A stretch of 64,000 bases of DNA from NCBI GenBank assembly GCA_010093815.1, contig ML996584.1, one strand, 5' to 3'. Below, piece after piece: positions 62,030 through 64,000 of the stretch. The stretch comes from Pseudovirgaria hyperparasitica. Its lineage: Eukaryota. Numbering within the stretch: the first letter of the stretch is position 1; each line of letters begins with the position of its first letter. The translations under genes were made by a program, and so were the position numbers. Below the pieces are notes generated by a model. That model saw only the letters and a list, made by a program, of their open reading frames with translations. It did no database searches and had not been told where the DNA came from.

Positions 62030-62860
62030 GTCTATATTAGTAATTATAGGCGCACCTATCTTTAATACTACTCTAATATTAGTATCTAGAACCATATATA
62101 TATATATATGTCTAAGTATACTAGCTACGTCGTCTTCTATTTTAGTATCTTCTATATTCTCTTTCTCCGTATGTTCCGACGGTAACTATAACTATATCTC
62201 TATAGNNNNNNNNNNTCTAAGTATACTAGCTACGTCGTCTTCTATTTTAGTATCTTCTATATTCTCTTTCTCCGTATGTTCCGACGGTAACTATAACTAT
62301 ATCTCTATAGCTAGTGTGTTTGCGCGTAGATAAGCTTCGCTAGGCACGACGATATTTATAGATAGATTATCTATATCGGTAGTTATAGCCGTACCTATCT
62401 TCGATACTACTCTAATATTAGTATCTAGGACCATGTATATATATATATATNNNNNNNNNNTTATAGATAGATTATCTATATCGGTAGTTATAGCCGTACC
62501 TATCTTCGATACTACTCTAATATTAGTATCTAGGACCATGTATATATATATATATCTAAGTATACTAGCTGCGTCGTCTTCCATTTTAGTATCTTCCACG
62601 TTCTCTTTCTCCGTATATTCTAATAGTAACTATAACTATATCTCTATAGCTAGTATGTTTACACGTGGATAAGCTTCGCTAGGCACGACGATATTTATAG
62701 ATAGATTATCTATGTCGGTGGTTATAACCGCGCCTATATTCGATACTACTCTAATGTTAGTATCTAGAACCGTGTATATATATATGTGTCTAAGTATACT
62801 AGCTACGTCGTCTTCCATTTCAGTATCTTCTATATTATCTTTCTCCTTATATTCTAGCGG
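62030..62860. repeat. ~234-bp tandem repeat (78 codons) in the upstream/gag region of the outer element
   Basis: Units anchored at ~62032, ~62372/62477 and ~62711. The minus strand repeats EDDVASILRHIYIY.VLDTNIRVV. Two N10 gaps lie inside. Confidence 0.8.
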
Positions 62861-64000
62861 TAACTATGTCTACGTACCTATACCTATAGTATCTATATCT
62901 AGTTTAGCCTCTATTATATCTATGGTCGTAACCGTCGGTACTAACTTACTATTTATAGCCGCGATATGCTAATTGAATTCTCTAGTAACGGTTTCCTTAA
63001 CTATCCTATAGAGTATAGTAGTATCTATACTACTAGTTTTAAGCTCTATTACTACTTCTTTACTTACTATCTTAATAATAGTAGCCCTATATATATTATA
63101 ACTTATTTTAGATATTAGGTATGGGCCTCGGAGGTACTAGATGTAAGGTAGGAGGGCGCTAACGCTTAAGGCCTCCGCACGTTATATATACGTATTACGG
63201 TTAGCTATTCTATAGCTAGTAGTTAAACTAGGATAGTCGTAACTCTCGTTATGTCTATCTATTTCTATATACGACTTAGGCCATAGGTAGTAAGACGGCG
63301 TTAATAGCGATAAGATATAAAAACTAGATTTAGGCGGTAGAAGTTAAGTCGCCACGTTTAGTAATTATAATATAATTTCGATAAGTGCGGAGGAAGTAAA
63401 GTATATAAGTAAATGTTTAATTATTAGAGTGGATCTTATACGATTACAGTCGTAGTAATAATATAGCTAGTAGGACCGGGCGTATCCCGACATGAACTAG
63501 ATAGACGCCGGCTTATACTAGTATTGTAATATCTTAACTAAATATATATACTATAGTTATATAGCTAGTAGAATCGGGCATATACTAATATATAGTAGGT
63601 AGAAGCCGTCTTACGTCGGATCGTATCGCCTTAGCTAAGTACGCACGCTACTCTTACTACCTCTAGCATCCTTTTCATTATTCTATTAGTCTTTAAAAGC
63701 GATATCTATATCCTCTATATCTAAGGTACTTTTAAGGCTTTCGAAGTTACTATCTTTAGAGCTTATAGATTGGTCTCGCGACTTCCCGGGTACTAATAGT
63801 AGTATATATAGTATTACTAGAGGAAGGGTTAAGTCGTTTAGGTGATGCTATCTACTACCTATAATACTATCTCTATGGGTATCTCTACCGTTATAGGCGG
63901 TGGCTTTCTATTACTATTATTATACTAATTATAGCGAGTATAGTATTAGGGACAGAGGGGCGGATTTATTCGAGTGTAACCTATATATAGCCGTCTATAC

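Larger units (their letters stand above)
45500..63420 (-). mobile_element. Outer Ty3/Gypsy (chromovirus) LTR retrotransposon, RIP-inactivated, interrupted by a nested element
   Basis: Minus-strand RT (VIYVVYLNNIL, i.e. YLDD, ~57960), RNase H end (NKANPLSRRKDY ~57120), integrase (IVSDRGP ~48580; FYITLLEPF ~47970) and chromodomain (YEVK..LYKIR*KEY...DT*EP ~47760-47890). Candidate PPT AGAGGGAAGGGA at 45803-45792 followed by TATTAGG (RIPed TGTTAGG). No matching 5' LTR was found, so both ends are approximate. Confidence 0.8.
43500..64000. repeat. RIP-mutated, AT/TpA-rich transposon block
   Basis: Abrupt loss of long ORFs, strong TpA excess, CpA/TpG depletion with CpG retained, and TAG/TAA replacing CAG/TGG/CAA in recognisable TE domains. 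Confidence 0.95.

Noticed and set aside
62111..62560. Extra ~105-bp repeat copies on either side of the two N10 gaps
   Set aside because: They are identical sequence duplicated across scaffold gaps, so probably unmerged contig overlaps rather than real units.
63420..64000. 5' LTR of the outer Gypsy element
   Set aside because: I could not match it to the candidate 3' LTR near 45500-45787. It may be another insertion, or the LTR may lie outside the window.

Overview
This is eukaryotic DNA from a filamentous ascomycete (Pezizomycotina, plausibly a Dothideomycete; inferred from intron style, gene families and RIP). The window has two compartments. (1) Bases 1 to ~43,500 are gene-rich, with short GT-AG introns. 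In order they carry CHS5, an Mpv17/PMP22 protein, 2-methylcitrate dehydratase, a GH16 Crh transglycosylase, a small single-pass membrane protein, and a compact four-gene cluster (2,2-dialkylglycine decarboxylase, Zn2Cys6 regulator, cytosolic M19 dipeptidase, Dal5-type MFS permease). After an 800-N gap come a PIR-repeat/GPI cell-wall protein, GH35 beta-galactosidase, RQT4/ASC-1, WBP11, a La-module (LARP7-like) protein, an HSP12-like gene missed by the ORF track, and a second Zn2Cys6 factor. (2) Bases ~43,500-64,000 are RIP-mutated transposon sequence, in which a complete 7.75-kb chromodomain Ty3/Gypsy element (202-bp LTRs, CTTAT target-site duplication) is nested inside the pol gene of an oppositely oriented Gypsy element. 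The first candidate for undescribed biology is the four-gene cluster, which looks like a co-regulated uptake-hydrolysis-decarboxylation pathway for Aib/isovaline-containing (peptaibol-type) dipeptides, with a shared CCGCGG motif in both divergent promoters. The second is an antisense, intron-containing cargo gene inside the inner retrotransposon that, after reversing RIP, encodes a Zn2Cys6-like cluster and an RS-rich tail. All calls come from reading motifs by eye; no database searches were run.
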